64,000 nt of DNA from Candidatus Bruticola sp. (GCA_051874735.1 JBJEGD010000004.1:96001-160000); one strand, 5' to 3'; positions 17,245 to 27,071 are shown, numbered from the stretch's first letter. Notes: generated from the letters alone by a model not told the origin. Numbers and translations: made by a program.

Positions 17245-19803
17245 TTAGTTGTTTACAACGCGTTTAAAAGCTTCAACGACTTGGGGATCGAAAGCTGAAC
17301 CGGAACCACCTGAGATAATTTCCACTGCATCGTGAGCACTATAAGTTTTGCTGCCAGGACGCCGCTGCGTTAAGGCTTCAAAAGCATCGCATACAGCAAT
17401 AATGCGCGCTGCTATAGGTATACGATCGCCGGTTAGACTATCTGGCCCTCCACGTCCGTCCCAGCGTTCGTGATGCGCTCTAACTACGGGACAGAGAGCA
17501 CGCAGGCTTGGAACAGTATTGATAATCTCTTCGCTGAAGCGAGCGTGATCTTTAAATAAATCGTACTCCTCTGTTTCCAGATGGCGTATGGTTTGCAACA
17601 GCCATTCTGGCCAACGCAAGCGGCGAGCCCCCTTTTCATGAAGAGTTTGCATATACTCCTCAGAAGTCAAATAATTGTAAAGCTCATTGAGCTTCTCAGG
17701 GCTCTCTTGCTGCATAAGTATGTCCAATTCACCTATATCTTTGAACATTGAACCATACTCGATTTGACGGCGCGTCCTAATATCTTCAATTTTCATTTCA
17801 GCAGCAATTTTGCTACCCAATTCCGCTGTTCTGACAAAATGATCGTAAGCGACCCGTCCTCCTAAACGAATCATCATAATAGCTCCGTTGATAGCTTTCT
17901 CTTCAGCATTCTGCACACCAGTTTGAGAATCGTAAAGCTGTTGAAAGAGATCAGAAATAACTGGCCTCTCAGCGGCGTTGCTGGCACCGTAACGTCGGCT
18001 GCTGGCTGGAATATATTTAGTGCGCATACCTTCCATATGCAGCGGAGCTTTGAAGCTGAGTAAGAATCTGCCAATCCACCCGGTGTCAATGGCGCCCAGA
18101 TATTCAGGCAAAGGCAGAGATGTTGAGGAAAAATGAAGTGGATATTTAGTATCTAGAGCCTTCATGCGCTTAGAGTCGGCATCTTTAATCAGACTTTCTT
18201 CTTCGCTGTCAGAGCCATAATAACCGCAGGCTTGACTAAGCTTTAGCATGTTTGCTCGATTGGTATTTACAGCCATAGCGGAACTTAAAGAAGATGACCT
18301 GAGGCTGCTTCTGCCCGATGACGACATAGAGTTGCCCAGCATACCGTCTGAAACCATTTTTATAGGAGTACTGCTGCGAGCAATCTGTCTTTTGACTCTA
18401 GGCTGGAATAAATAATCTAGTATCGGAGAAAAGACTGGCAAACGTGAATTAGCGGGTCGCCCTCCAAAATTAAGAGCTAATTCTAAGCGAATCTTGGCCA
18501 TAGGCACACTTGAATCAACTGGAATACTAGCTTGCTGATAGTCCGCTTGCCCTGCTGCTGTTTTTTTCTGAGACTGAGAGTTCATAGCAAAGGGCATATT
18601 CGCTTGACGGAATGCTGGTATTGAAGGTATCGTCATAGACGCATTCCCCAACTGAGCGGTGCCTGGAGCTGTTATGGGTTTGCCTACTAAAGGAGGCAAA
18701 GTTGAAGCTTGGGGAGTGGCATTTAAGGCAAAGTTTGCCGTGGCATTTTCAGCAACAGCTGGTGTAGCATTACTATTTGAATCTGGAACAGTGGTTCCCT
18801 CTTCTTTAGGTTCCGAATCTGCATCGGGGGTGGTAATTTCGTTATTTATAGAAGGAATGAGGGGAATCTGTCCAGCTTTAGGAGTGAAAGTGGAGGCAAA
18901 AACTAACTTATGTTCTTCATTAGCTTGAGCTCTAGCTTCTTTGCGGCTTATTTCACGAAAAGGCGACTTGGTAAGCTGATTCATAATCAATTTACTTGAA
19001 GAGGCTTGAAGTTGCGGAGCCGCATTGGGATTTTGTAGAGGGGTAGAAGCTAATGGAGTAAAAGGAGTAGCCTTAGAGAAAACCTTGCGAGGGGCTACCT
19101 TAGGAATGTAAGTCTGATTGTTGCCTTCCTCTTCTTCTTTTTTCTTAGCTGCACTGCGAAGTGTATAAGGCAAAGCTTCTTGTTTCAAAGTTTGCTTAGC
19201 CCAAGACGTATTTTTATCAACACTGCCGCTAAGATCGATGCGTTGTCTAGCTGCCGTTTCATTTAGAATAACTTGAGTTCTGTCTAGCTGCCGCTCAGAA
19301 CTGACTCCGCGCAGTATGTCTTCAATATTGACTTCCTTTTCCAGCAATTCCGCTCCACTGGGTAACTCTGGCTCGGGGACATACTTAAGATGCTGAGCAG
19401 AAATAAGAGCTGTTTTTAAGCTTTCTGATTCTTTAGGCGGAGTAGCGGCAGCGCTTATAGGAGATGTCGTTTTAGATGCGCTAAGATCGCGCAGCTTCTT
19501 AAGAGTTTCTGAATTGAAAGAGTCATTGGGAGCTTTTTGCAGTTCTTCATCGCCGTCTGATCCTATAGGGGTATTCTTTAAATAGGCCCTAATTTTTTTA
19601 TTTAATTCATCGTATATAGACAGAAGCTCTTTAGGAGTAGGCGGAGGGGATTTTTTCTTAGGCTTAGAACCGGGCAAATTATTGTTAATGTCGGGGCTGC
19701 CGGTTCCGCTTGCAGAAGCACGGGATATTCCTAAAGAAGCAGAATTTTTCAGGCCACTGTTGTTTTGGGACGATGACGAATTGTTATGATTGCTTAATGT
19801 CAT
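17245..19803 (-). CDS. Long low-complexity N-terminal region plus a degenerate HD-GYP domain
   Basis: C-terminus has HHERWDGRGGP, IPIAARIIAVCDAFEAL and GSGSAFDPQVV, but the HD motif reads KD (FKDIGE). The first ~600 aa are rich in Ser/Pro/Ala/Lys. Confidence 0.8.
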   Translation of the reverse strand: MTLSNHNNSSSSQNNSGLKNSASLGISRASASGTGSPDINNNLPGSKPKKKSPPPTPKELLSIYDELNKKIRAYLKNTPIGSDGDEELQKAPNDSFNSETLKKLRDLSASKTTSPISAAATPPKESESLKTALISAQHLKYVPEPELPSGAELLEKEVNIEDILRGVSSERQLDRTQVILNETAARQRIDLSGSVDKNTSWAKQTLKQEALPYTLRSAAKKKEEEEGNNQTYIPKVAPRKVFSKATPFTPLASTPLQNPNAAPQLQASSSKLIMNQLTKSPFREISRKEARAQANEEHKLVFASTFTPKAGQIPLIPSINNEITTPDADSEPKEEGTTVPDSNSNATPAVAENATANFALNATPQASTLPPLVGKPITAPGTAQLGNASMTIPSIPAFRQANMPFAMNSQSQKKTAAGQADYQQASIPVDSSVPMAKIRLELALNFGGRPANSRLPVFSPILDYLFQPRVKRQIARSSTPIKMVSDGMLGNSMSSSGRSSLRSSSLSSAMAVNTNRANMLKLSQACGYYGSDSEEESLIKDADSKRMKALDTKYPLHFSSTSLPLPEYLGAIDTGWIGRFLLSFKAPLHMEGMRTKYIPASSRRYGASNAAERPVISDLFQQLYDSQTGVQNAEEKAINGAIMMIRLGGRVAYDHFVRTAELGSKIAAEMKIEDIRTRRQIEYGSMFKDIGELDILMQQESPEKLNELYNYLTSEEYMQTLHEKGARRLRWPEWLLQTIRHLETEEYDLFKDHARFSEEIINTVPSLRALCPVVRAHHERWDGRGGPDSLTGDRIPIAARIIAVCDAFEALTQRRPGSKTYSAHDAVEIISGGSGSAFDPQVVEAFKRVVNN

Positions 19804-19933
19804 AGCTGGCTCACCTGCAAAATAAGGTACAGTTTGTACTGTTAAGCACTATTTGTACTGTAGGCTCTTACAGTATATGAGGTTATAAGAAAATTACGGC
19901 AATATTAGGCCTAAAAGATTATTTTTTTTACAA

Positions 19934-20533
19934 TTACAATCTGTCGTCGCCCTGAAAGTCATCTGGATCTAAATTGTTTATGAATTGTGATAAAGTGTCG
20001 TCTTCTTCAGTAAGTTCTTCGATAACATTTGTTGGGGCCGAAGATTTAGGTAGTTCCTGATCTTCTTTGTCTGCATCTTCACGGCCTACGTAAAAGACGT
20101 CTTCATCAGCAGCAGGAGCATCAAAGCTTATACCTTTAATGCCTTCTGAGAGTAGTACTTCTTCTTCGGCATAAATAGGAGCTCCCGTTCTCAAAGCTAC
20201 AGCTATACTGTCAGACGGTCGGGCGTCAATAGAAATTTCCTGTCCATCTTTTACTAAAGTCAGTTTGGCATAAAAAGTACTGCGCACGACCTTAGTGATT
20301 ATTACCTCTTTAAGTGAGGCACCGAGCTCTTCAATGATAGTTTTTATTAAATCGTGAGAAGTAGGACGAGGCACCTCGGTGCCTTCCATAGCTAAAGCAA
20401 TAGCTGTAGCTTCGAATACGCCGATAGTTATGGGAAGACTATGACCCTGGCTCTCGTCTGTGAGAATAACTACAGGGTCGTGGGCGATAAGATCTATACC
20501 TAATTTATAGACTTGCATCCTGCGAAGAGCCAT
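19934..20533 (-). CDS. Bifunctional nuclease (DUF151/BFN) family protein with an acidic tail
   Basis: LPITIGVFEATAI, PRPTSHDL and IDARPSDSIAVALR..APIY motifs. Confidence 0.9.
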   Translation of the reverse strand: MALRRMQVYKLGIDLIAHDPVVILTDESQGHSLPITIGVFEATAIALAMEGTEVPRPTSHDLIKTIIEELGASLKEVIITKVVRSTFYAKLTLVKDGQEISIDARPSDSIAVALRTGAPIYAEEEVLLSEGIKGISFDAPAADEDVFYVGREDADKEDQELPKSSAPTNVIEELTEEDDTLSQFINNLDPDDFQGDDRL

Positions 20534-20728
20534 ATATGGGGGAAACCTTTCACTGCGGGAACATGTATTTTTATCCCGTTTCTTCTTTCTATTATTAAAG
20601 GAACAGTTTCGACTAGTGCTTTCTAGATCCTAGTTATAAGTATGAAACTATAAAATAGTATCAGATAGAAGGCGGAGATCTTTTTAGATAGTAGAAAGGC
20701 AAGTTTTCAATTAGGAGTTTTTATCAAT

Positions 20729-21379
20729 ATGGAAGACAATTATTTACAGCTGGTTCTAATAGGAGAAAGCGAGAATTTTATATCCTGGGGTCTGCTTTTA
20801 TCTAGAAAAGGATTTACTTTAAGCGGTGTTTATTTGCCGCAGCGCTGGGCCGCTTTGGCCAGTGTGCTACTATTAGGATGCCCAGCTTATACAAATATAG
20901 AAGAGACTGCCGCTTCCGGAAACATCATTTTTATTGAGAGAAGTTTTTGGGCCCAATTGTCTGAAGAAAATAAAAGTAAAATGTTAAATTTAGATGAAAG
21001 TAACTGCGCCCCCAATGAAACCTGCCCAATTAATAAATCGGTGGTGCTGATCGATTTCCTCGGGGAAGGGCCGACATTTAGCTCAAAAGAAGCAGCAACT
21101 AAAGCTTTTGAGGCCCCTAACGATTTACAGGCTTTTGTTGATAAAACTGCTTCCAGTTGGCAGTGGTATCTGCTTAAGATAGCTGGCTCCCTCTCTGAAG
21201 CTGGACGCGATATCTTGCGAGTAGATGAAATGTGCTGTGGACGAGCTCATGAACCTAATCCTTGTCAAGATTATTCCCTAGATTGCTCTGGACTTAGTTT
21301 TCTTTTAAAAAGTTTAAAAGCGGAAGAAAACGAGAGCTGTGGAGTTAAGAACATTTTAGAAAAATTGCTAGATTGCTGA
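20729..21379 (+). CDS. Hypothetical protein with a degenerate Rossmann-like N-terminus (resembles the DUF2520/PanG-type N-domain)
   Basis: LVLIG...LLSRKGFTLSGVY...LLGCPAY..IEETAASGNIIFI resembles that N-domain but lacks GxGxxG; SD aggag present. Confidence 0.4.
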   Translation: MEDNYLQLVLIGESENFISWGLLLSRKGFTLSGVYLPQRWAALASVLLLGCPAYTNIEETAASGNIIFIERSFWAQLSEENKSKMLNLDESNCAPNETCPINKSVVLIDFLGEGPTFSSKEAATKAFEAPNDLQAFVDKTASSWQWYLLKIAGSLSEAGRDILRVDEMCCGRAHEPNPCQDYSLDCSGLSFLLKSLKAEENESCGVKNILEKLLDC

Positions 21380-21504
21380 GATCTTAACGCTTCATTGGCA
21401 TTGATTTACTCAGGTAGATAATTTTGCTGTTTGGAAGGCTAGGCTTTTACTTGAAGCCATAGAAAGTAAAGCTGGCGCGTTAATTTACATAGAGGTATTT
21501 TTTT

Positions 21505-22227
21505 GTGGGTGAGCGTTTTTCCGTCGCTGTAGTTACCGATTGGCAGGGGACGGCCGGTCCTGCTATCTGCAATGCTTTAATTCAAGCCGGCTTCAGCGTT
21601 TTAATTAATGGGCCCCAGGAGGTACTCTTTAATATCCCTCCTTCCGATGCTATGGGCAAAGTTTTAGCTCAGCCTTTCGATACGACTAATGAACAGGAAG
21701 TACAAGAAACTTTTTTGACCTGTGCTAATCACTTGGGAGGCATTGACGTCTTAGTTAACAATAACTACTTCTGGAATGATGCTGCTTTGGGTGATATTAC
21801 CGAAAAAATGTGGGAAGAAGTCATCAATCGCGGTTTAAAAAGTACTTTTTATTGCAGTAGAGCAGCTAGCCGTTTTATGAAGACTCAGGGCTACGGTAAG
21901 ATTATCAATGTCATTAGTTCTTCGGCATTTAACGGTGTTTACACTCAATTCGCTTCAGTGTGTGCCGGTATCCATTCCTTAACAAAATCGTTGGCCAAAG
22001 AATTGGCTCCAGAAGTTAGGGTAAATTCTGTAGCTCCAGGCTTGATCGACGAGCCTTGGATTGATGAAGGTGGTAAGGAGCTCAGGGAAATGCTGGTGCG
22101 CGATGTTTTGTTAAAGCGTCTTTGTTCCAACGATGATATTGCTGAAGCTGTAAATTATTTAGCTTGTGGCGCCGATTTTATGACTGGCCAAATGCTGGTG
22201 TTAGACGGCGGTGAATGTTTGCATTGA
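21505..22227 (+). CDS. SDR-family oxidoreductase, atypical (no YxxxK)
   Basis: GGIDVLVNN, GKIINVISS, LTKSLAKELAP.VRVNSVAPG and MTGQMLVLDGG motifs. Confidence 0.85.
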   Translation: MGERFSVAVVTDWQGTAGPAICNALIQAGFSVLINGPQEVLFNIPPSDAMGKVLAQPFDTTNEQEVQETFLTCANHLGGIDVLVNNNYFWNDAALGDITEKMWEEVINRGLKSTFYCSRAASRFMKTQGYGKIINVISSSAFNGVYTQFASVCAGIHSLTKSLAKELAPEVRVNSVAPGLIDEPWIDEGGKELREMLVRDVLLKRLCSNDDIAEAVNYLACGADFMTGQMLVLDGGECLH

Positions 22228-22323
22228 TTATTGATGAACCTGAAGCAGTTGCCGCTAGCCGTGAGGCTTTTAGTCACAGTGTGTGAATTATAGGCGCTTT
22301 ATAGGCGCTCATAATAAAAAAAT

Positions 22324-24768
22324 ATGGATTATTTTATGAAAAGCAAGTCTGTTGAGACGCTTATTATACGCTGCATATTACCGTTGTTAATATTTATTTT
22401 AAGCAGTTGTTTATCAGCCTATGCTCAAGACCAGGACTGGTTTGCCTCTGGTGACAGCGATTCTGTTTCTTTTTACGATAAGGAGGCGCCTTATATAAGC
22501 CTAGGCTTAGGTCCAAATAATTTGGGCAAAAAGTCTTCTTCAAATATAACGCGGATCGATTCTTTAGAAGGCACAGTAGTCGACTTTGATAATAAAGAGC
22601 GGGAGATTCTTTATAGAACTGATAACAACAATTATTTAAGTGGCTCTTATTTTATTTCTTTACAAAAGCATTGGCTGAGCAGTGTCAATTTAACAGCAAA
22701 GCGGTTAGTAGCTCAGAAGGCTGTCAAAAACGATGAAGCCAAGGTAATTTTAGTTAGAGATAAGTTCGCTGTCCTGCGCCAAGAAAATTCTTTTTCTGTT
22801 TTCCGCCAGGATAATTTACAGCTTTTATGGGAGCGAGACTTCTCATCTGAATTCGGTTTAATCGCTAGTAATATAGGTGTATGGCCGGAACAAATGGTCT
22901 TAATTGGCCAAGCTGAAGGTCAAAAATCTTTTATTTGTGCCTCAGTAAACTTGGCTGACGGTCAGATCCGCTGGAAAAAAACATTATCGGGTCTCTTCGC
23001 AGATTTAGCGGTTTCATCTCAGTTTGTTTACTTGGCCTTTACTGAAGAGAATGGCTACAATTCTAGTCAGGTTCACGGAGCTAAAGGTACTATTTGTTCA
23101 CTGTCGCTTAGTAACGGTAGGATGAGCTCCAGTAGACAAATAATAGGGCTATATCGTTTTTATGCAGGTCCAAATAGGCTTCTGACTATTTCCTGCAGTG
23201 ATTACGGAGCAAAAACTGCCTATGTTATGGAACTTTATTCTACCGATTTGCAGCTCTTAAATAGCATTGGCATAAGTTTTCTGCCTCAATGGGTAAATTT
23301 TAGTTCTAAGCAAATTAGGGCTCTTTACTCCGATTTAGATTCTTTGGAACGCTGGAATTTATGCGTACTTTCAGCTGAAGATGGAAAAGTACTCTCCCAT
23401 TTTGAAATAAGCAATAAGTTATATCAGCTGGTATGCGATAGAGATAATGTTTGGTTTTTTATAGGTATTGATAATGCTGTCGCTGTATACTTGTTGCAAG
23501 ATAACGAGCTAATCTCAGTGACAGAATGCTCATTTGACATGGAAGACAGCCCTTATTTAGGGTGTAGTGCTCTGATTTTAGGTAATAATCTTTATGCTTG
23601 GGGTAAAAGAGCTAACTCTGCTGTTTTATCTATTGCGGCTTTAGATCTTAAGAGCAGGCGCCGTTTAGGCTGGAGTAGTAAAAATTTAGACTCGGCTTCT
23701 CTTATCCCTTGTGGTAATTCTCTGGCTATGGTGTCTGTAGATAACGATCGTTTTACCGGCGAAGTTGTCAGCCGTATTAAACTTATCGATTTCAAAAAGG
23801 GTGGATTTTCGTTTACATCTGAGCCGATTAAAGGTCAAATCGTATCTTTCGGAGGAGATAGGGCTTTGTCTGCTGCTAGGTCGGTTCTGCGCAAGCGGCA
23901 CCTTGAGGTTCACGATGACGCTTTAATATATCTGGCTTCTTCTGGGGGAGAGCTGACACTTCTGAGCCAAAACGGTAAAATTTTGACACGTCCTTTGAGG
24001 AGCATATTTTTTGATTGGACAAAGCTAAATAATTTTTGCGGAGTTATTCTTTTAACTGGGTGTATTCTATGGTATATAGCCCAGGCTAATCGGGGAAAGA
24101 AGCTCTTTATACGTGAAATAGCTGGTTTGAGTGCTCTAGATGAAGCCGTCGGCAGGGCTACTGAAATGGGGCGTCCGGTGCTGTATATACCTGGAGTCGG
24201 GGAGATAGATGATACGCAGACTATGGCCGCTCTTTCAGTTTTAGGCAAGGTTAGCAGCTGCACCGCCGAGTATGGTTGCTCTATTATGGTGCCTAACTGC
24301 AGCCCTGTAGTAATGTCTATGGCTCAAGATGTCGTCAGTCAATCTTATTTAAAGGCCGGATGTCCCGATTCTTACGTTAGTGATAATATCTGCTATTTAT
24401 CCGGTGAACAGTTTGGATTCGCTGCGGGGGTGTGCGGTATTATGGTGAGGGAGAGACCAGCGGCTGTCCTCTACATGGGCACGTTTTTAGCTGAGGCCTT
24501 AATGCTGGCGGAAACTGGTAATTCTACAGGAGCCATACAAATTGCTGGTACAGCTAGCGCTTCTCAACTACCTTTCTTTGTGGCCGCTTGTGATTACACA
24601 CTTATTGGTGAGGAACTTTATGCCGCCTCCGCTTATCTTTCCAATGATCCTATGCAGATAGGCTCATTAAAGGGGCAGGATGCTGCTAAAGCGGCTATTA
24701 TGGTGCTTATTATCGCAGGTATAATTTGCCTCAGCTGCGGAGGCCATTGGATCTCCTATCTTTGGTAG
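22324..24768 (+). CDS. Exported PQQ-like beta-propeller + TM + DUF6754-like membrane-anchored domain
   Basis: Signal peptide (..SAYA|QD) and propeller-like repeats (VNLADGQIRW, LSAEDGKVL, ALDLKS). A TM lies at ~aa 570-588, followed by IREIAGLSALDEAVGRATEMGRP...QIAGT..QLPFFVAACDYTLIGEELYAASAYLS and a terminal TM. Confidence 0.7.
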   Translation: MDYFMKSKSVETLIIRCILPLLIFILSSCLSAYAQDQDWFASGDSDSVSFYDKEAPYISLGLGPNNLGKKSSSNITRIDSLEGTVVDFDNKEREILYRTDNNNYLSGSYFISLQKHWLSSVNLTAKRLVAQKAVKNDEAKVILVRDKFAVLRQENSFSVFRQDNLQLLWERDFSSEFGLIASNIGVWPEQMVLIGQAEGQKSFICASVNLADGQIRWKKTLSGLFADLAVSSQFVYLAFTEENGYNSSQVHGAKGTICSLSLSNGRMSSSRQIIGLYRFYAGPNRLLTISCSDYGAKTAYVMELYSTDLQLLNSIGISFLPQWVNFSSKQIRALYSDLDSLERWNLCVLSAEDGKVLSHFEISNKLYQLVCDRDNVWFFIGIDNAVAVYLLQDNELISVTECSFDMEDSPYLGCSALILGNNLYAWGKRANSAVLSIAALDLKSRRRLGWSSKNLDSASLIPCGNSLAMVSVDNDRFTGEVVSRIKLIDFKKGGFSFTSEPIKGQIVSFGGDRALSAARSVLRKRHLEVHDDALIYLASSGGELTLLSQNGKILTRPLRSIFFDWTKLNNFCGVILLTGCILWYIAQANRGKKLFIREIAGLSALDEAVGRATEMGRPVLYIPGVGEIDDTQTMAALSVLGKVSSCTAEYGCSIMVPNCSPVVMSMAQDVVSQSYLKAGCPDSYVSDNICYLSGEQFGFAAGVCGIMVRERPAAVLYMGTFLAEALMLAETGNSTGAIQIAGTASASQLPFFVAACDYTLIGEELYAASAYLSNDPMQIGSLKGQDAAKAAIMVLIIAGIICLSCGGHWISYLW

Positions 24769-24790
24769 CTTGTTTTAAAGGATTATATAT

Positions 24791-25453
24791 ATGAAGCGTG
24801 AGATTCCGCTGCTGATTACTTTCATTGCCGGCTTGGTAATGATAGTGCAGTTTTACAGTTACCCTCTGAATTGGCTGGGCGACCTGTTTAATGATTTTTA
24901 TAATATTATCCTTACCTTTGCCTTTATATTAGGGGCTTTGAGTCTTTTTGCCGTTAATGGTAAAAAAATTATGTCGCAGACTCCTGGCTGGGGATACAAC
25001 TGTGTATTGCTGCTGTCTTTAATAGTAACATTAATTTGTGGCCTTTTTCTGGCTCCGCATGGCAAGTTACCTACCGACGAGGGGACAGCCTTCAGCTGGA
25101 TTTTTGATCATATATTTACCCCTCTGTCGGCAGCTACTTACAGTTTGTTGGCCTTTTATATCGCTTCAGCTTCTTTCAGAGCTTTTCGGGCCAGATCTTG
25201 GGAAGCAGCTTTGCTGCTAGTTACTGCGTTCATCGTCATGCTTTTCCGCGTTCCTTTAGGTGAACATCTGTGGCAGATGTTACCTATAGTAGGTCAATAT
25301 GATATAGCTAAATTTATTGAAGATTGGTTAATGGGCACTTTCAATGCCGCTGGTCAGCGGGCTATTCTCTTAGGAGCCTCAGTCGGATTGATTTCTGTAT
25401 CTTTAAAAATATTGCTAGGTATTGAGCGATCTTATTTAGGAGGCTCCGATTAA
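24791..25453 (+). CDS. Uncharacterised multi-pass membrane protein of the GlmL-like cluster
   Basis: About 6 hydrophobic segments; SLLAFYIASASFRAFR and LLGIERSYLG; TAATG overlap with the next gene. Confidence 0.75.
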   Translation: MKREIPLLITFIAGLVMIVQFYSYPLNWLGDLFNDFYNIILTFAFILGALSLFAVNGKKIMSQTPGWGYNCVLLLSLIVTLICGLFLAPHGKLPTDEGTAFSWIFDHIFTPLSAATYSLLAFYIASASFRAFRARSWEAALLLVTAFIVMLFRVPLGEHLWQMLPIVGQYDIAKFIEDWLMGTFNAAGQRAILLGASVGLISVSLKILLGIERSYLGGSD

Positions 25454-26286
25454 TGTTAGCTAAGTTGTCAAATTTGGATAGGCGCTGGATTTTTTTTGCT
25501 CTAGCCTTATGTGTGATTATTCCTCTTGTTTGGCCGCTTCAGCTGCGGATAGAGCCTAGTCCGCTCAGCATCAAATTTTATGAAACTGTAGAAAATTTGC
25601 CAGAAAATTCCTGCGTTTGCATGTCGTTCGATTATGGACCAGGCACTAAGGTAGAGTGTCATCCTATGGCTGTAGCCATGTTGCGCCACCTTTTCCGCCG
25701 CAAATGCAAAGTCGTATGCATAGCCTTGTGGCCTGAAGGCAGTCTTTTTGCTAGAGAAGCATTGCAAGAAGCAGCCAAAGAATATGAAGCCGTATATGGT
25801 GAAGATTATGTCAACTTAGGCTACAAAAATGGAGGAGAGGTTATACTTAAGGCTATAGGGGAAGATTTTGGCTCAATATATACGTCAGATTTTTCTGGTC
25901 GTCGTTTGTCTGATTTGCCTATTATGAATAGAGTCGTTGGATGGGATAGTTTTGATTTAGTCTGCGATTGGTCTATGGGGCGTCCTGGTCTAGCTGAATT
26001 CGTTCGTGTGGTTGTTGGCCAATATAATCGTCCTTTATTGGCTGGTACTACAGCCGTAACTACTCCTGAGGCTTATCCTTTTTTGAATTCTGGACAATTA
26101 ATTGGTCTATTAGGTGGTTTGCGCGGAGCCAGCGAGTATGAAGTGCTGATAGGCATGAAGGGCGGTCAAGCTTCGCGGGGTATCGATGCTCAATCTATGG
26201 CCCATTTTTTTGTGGCTTTTCTGATCGTTTTAGCCAATTTAATATACTTTGCCCAATGCTGGCATAAAAAAAATACTAGAAACTAG
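25453..26286 (+). CDS. Uncharacterised membrane-anchored alpha/beta protein with N- and C-terminal TM
   Basis: N-terminal TM after RRW, then a soluble domain (YGEDYVNLGY, YPFLNSGQLIGLLGGLRGASEYE) and a C-terminal TM; translationally coupled. Confidence 0.75.
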   Translation: MLAKLSNLDRRWIFFALALCVIIPLVWPLQLRIEPSPLSIKFYETVENLPENSCVCMSFDYGPGTKVECHPMAVAMLRHLFRRKCKVVCIALWPEGSLFAREALQEAAKEYEAVYGEDYVNLGYKNGGEVILKAIGEDFGSIYTSDFSGRRLSDLPIMNRVVGWDSFDLVCDWSMGRPGLAEFVRVVVGQYNRPLLAGTTAVTTPEAYPFLNSGQLIGLLGGLRGASEYEVLIGMKGGQASRGIDAQSMAHFFVAFLIVLANLIYFAQCWHKKNTRN

Positions 26287-26310
26287 CTGTAGAGAGGCTG
26301 CGGATCTATT

Positions 26311-26958
26311 ATGGAAGCTCATTCATTAAGTGACCTTATAGGAATGTGGATAGGTGTTTGCCTGACTATGTGCATTTTCAGCTTTCTCTATAAGGATAAT
26401 CCTCTGTACAGATTAGCTGAGCATATTTTTGTTGGAGTCTCTGCCGGCTATTGGATGTGCATTGGGTACTGGCAGGTGATTTACCCTAACTTGATTTTGA
26501 AACTGCAGAGTGGCGATTGGCGCTATTTAATAGCAGCCGTACTCAGTATTATGCTTTTAGCTAGAGTCGTGCCCAAGTATGCTTGGATTAGCCGTTGGCC
26601 TTTAGCCTTTATGGTCGGTATTTTCGCTGGCTATAACATAGTCTATACCATGGAAGCCCAGGTTATTCGACAGCTTGAGGCTACGGTTGTGCCACTTTGG
26701 GGATGCCCAGATTTCGCGACTTTTTTATCAAATTTGATTATTGCAGTTGGGGTCTTAAGCGGCCTGATGTATTTCTATTTTTCTAAAGAACATAAGGGAA
26801 CTTTTTGGGGTAAAACTGCTAAAATAGGCATAGGAGTGCTGATGATCTCCTTTGGAGCTGCCTTCGGGTACACCGTTATGGCCAGAATTTCTTTGCTGAT
26901 AGGGCGGGTTATGTACATTCAGGATGTATGGCAGGCTACTGTTAACTTCTTCCGTTAG
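26311..26958 (+). CDS. Uncharacterised multi-pass membrane protein of the GlmL-like cluster
   Basis: SFLYKDNPLYRLAEHIFVGVSAGY; three G-x-x-[AF]-G-Y motifs; about 6 TM segments. Confidence 0.75.
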   Translation: MEAHSLSDLIGMWIGVCLTMCIFSFLYKDNPLYRLAEHIFVGVSAGYWMCIGYWQVIYPNLILKLQSGDWRYLIAAVLSIMLLARVVPKYAWISRWPLAFMVGIFAGYNIVYTMEAQVIRQLEATVVPLWGCPDFATFLSNLIIAVGVLSGLMYFYFSKEHKGTFWGKTAKIGIGVLMISFGAAFGYTVMARISLLIGRVMYIQDVWQATVNFFR

Positions 26959-27071
26959 ATTTGTCTATTTTGGGCTACAGTTGAGCTCGAAAATATTTTT
27001 AAATCTTGAATTATAGCTTTTTGTGGTTCTATTTGAAACATATTAGTTAGGGGGTAAGAATTTAAGTAAGT

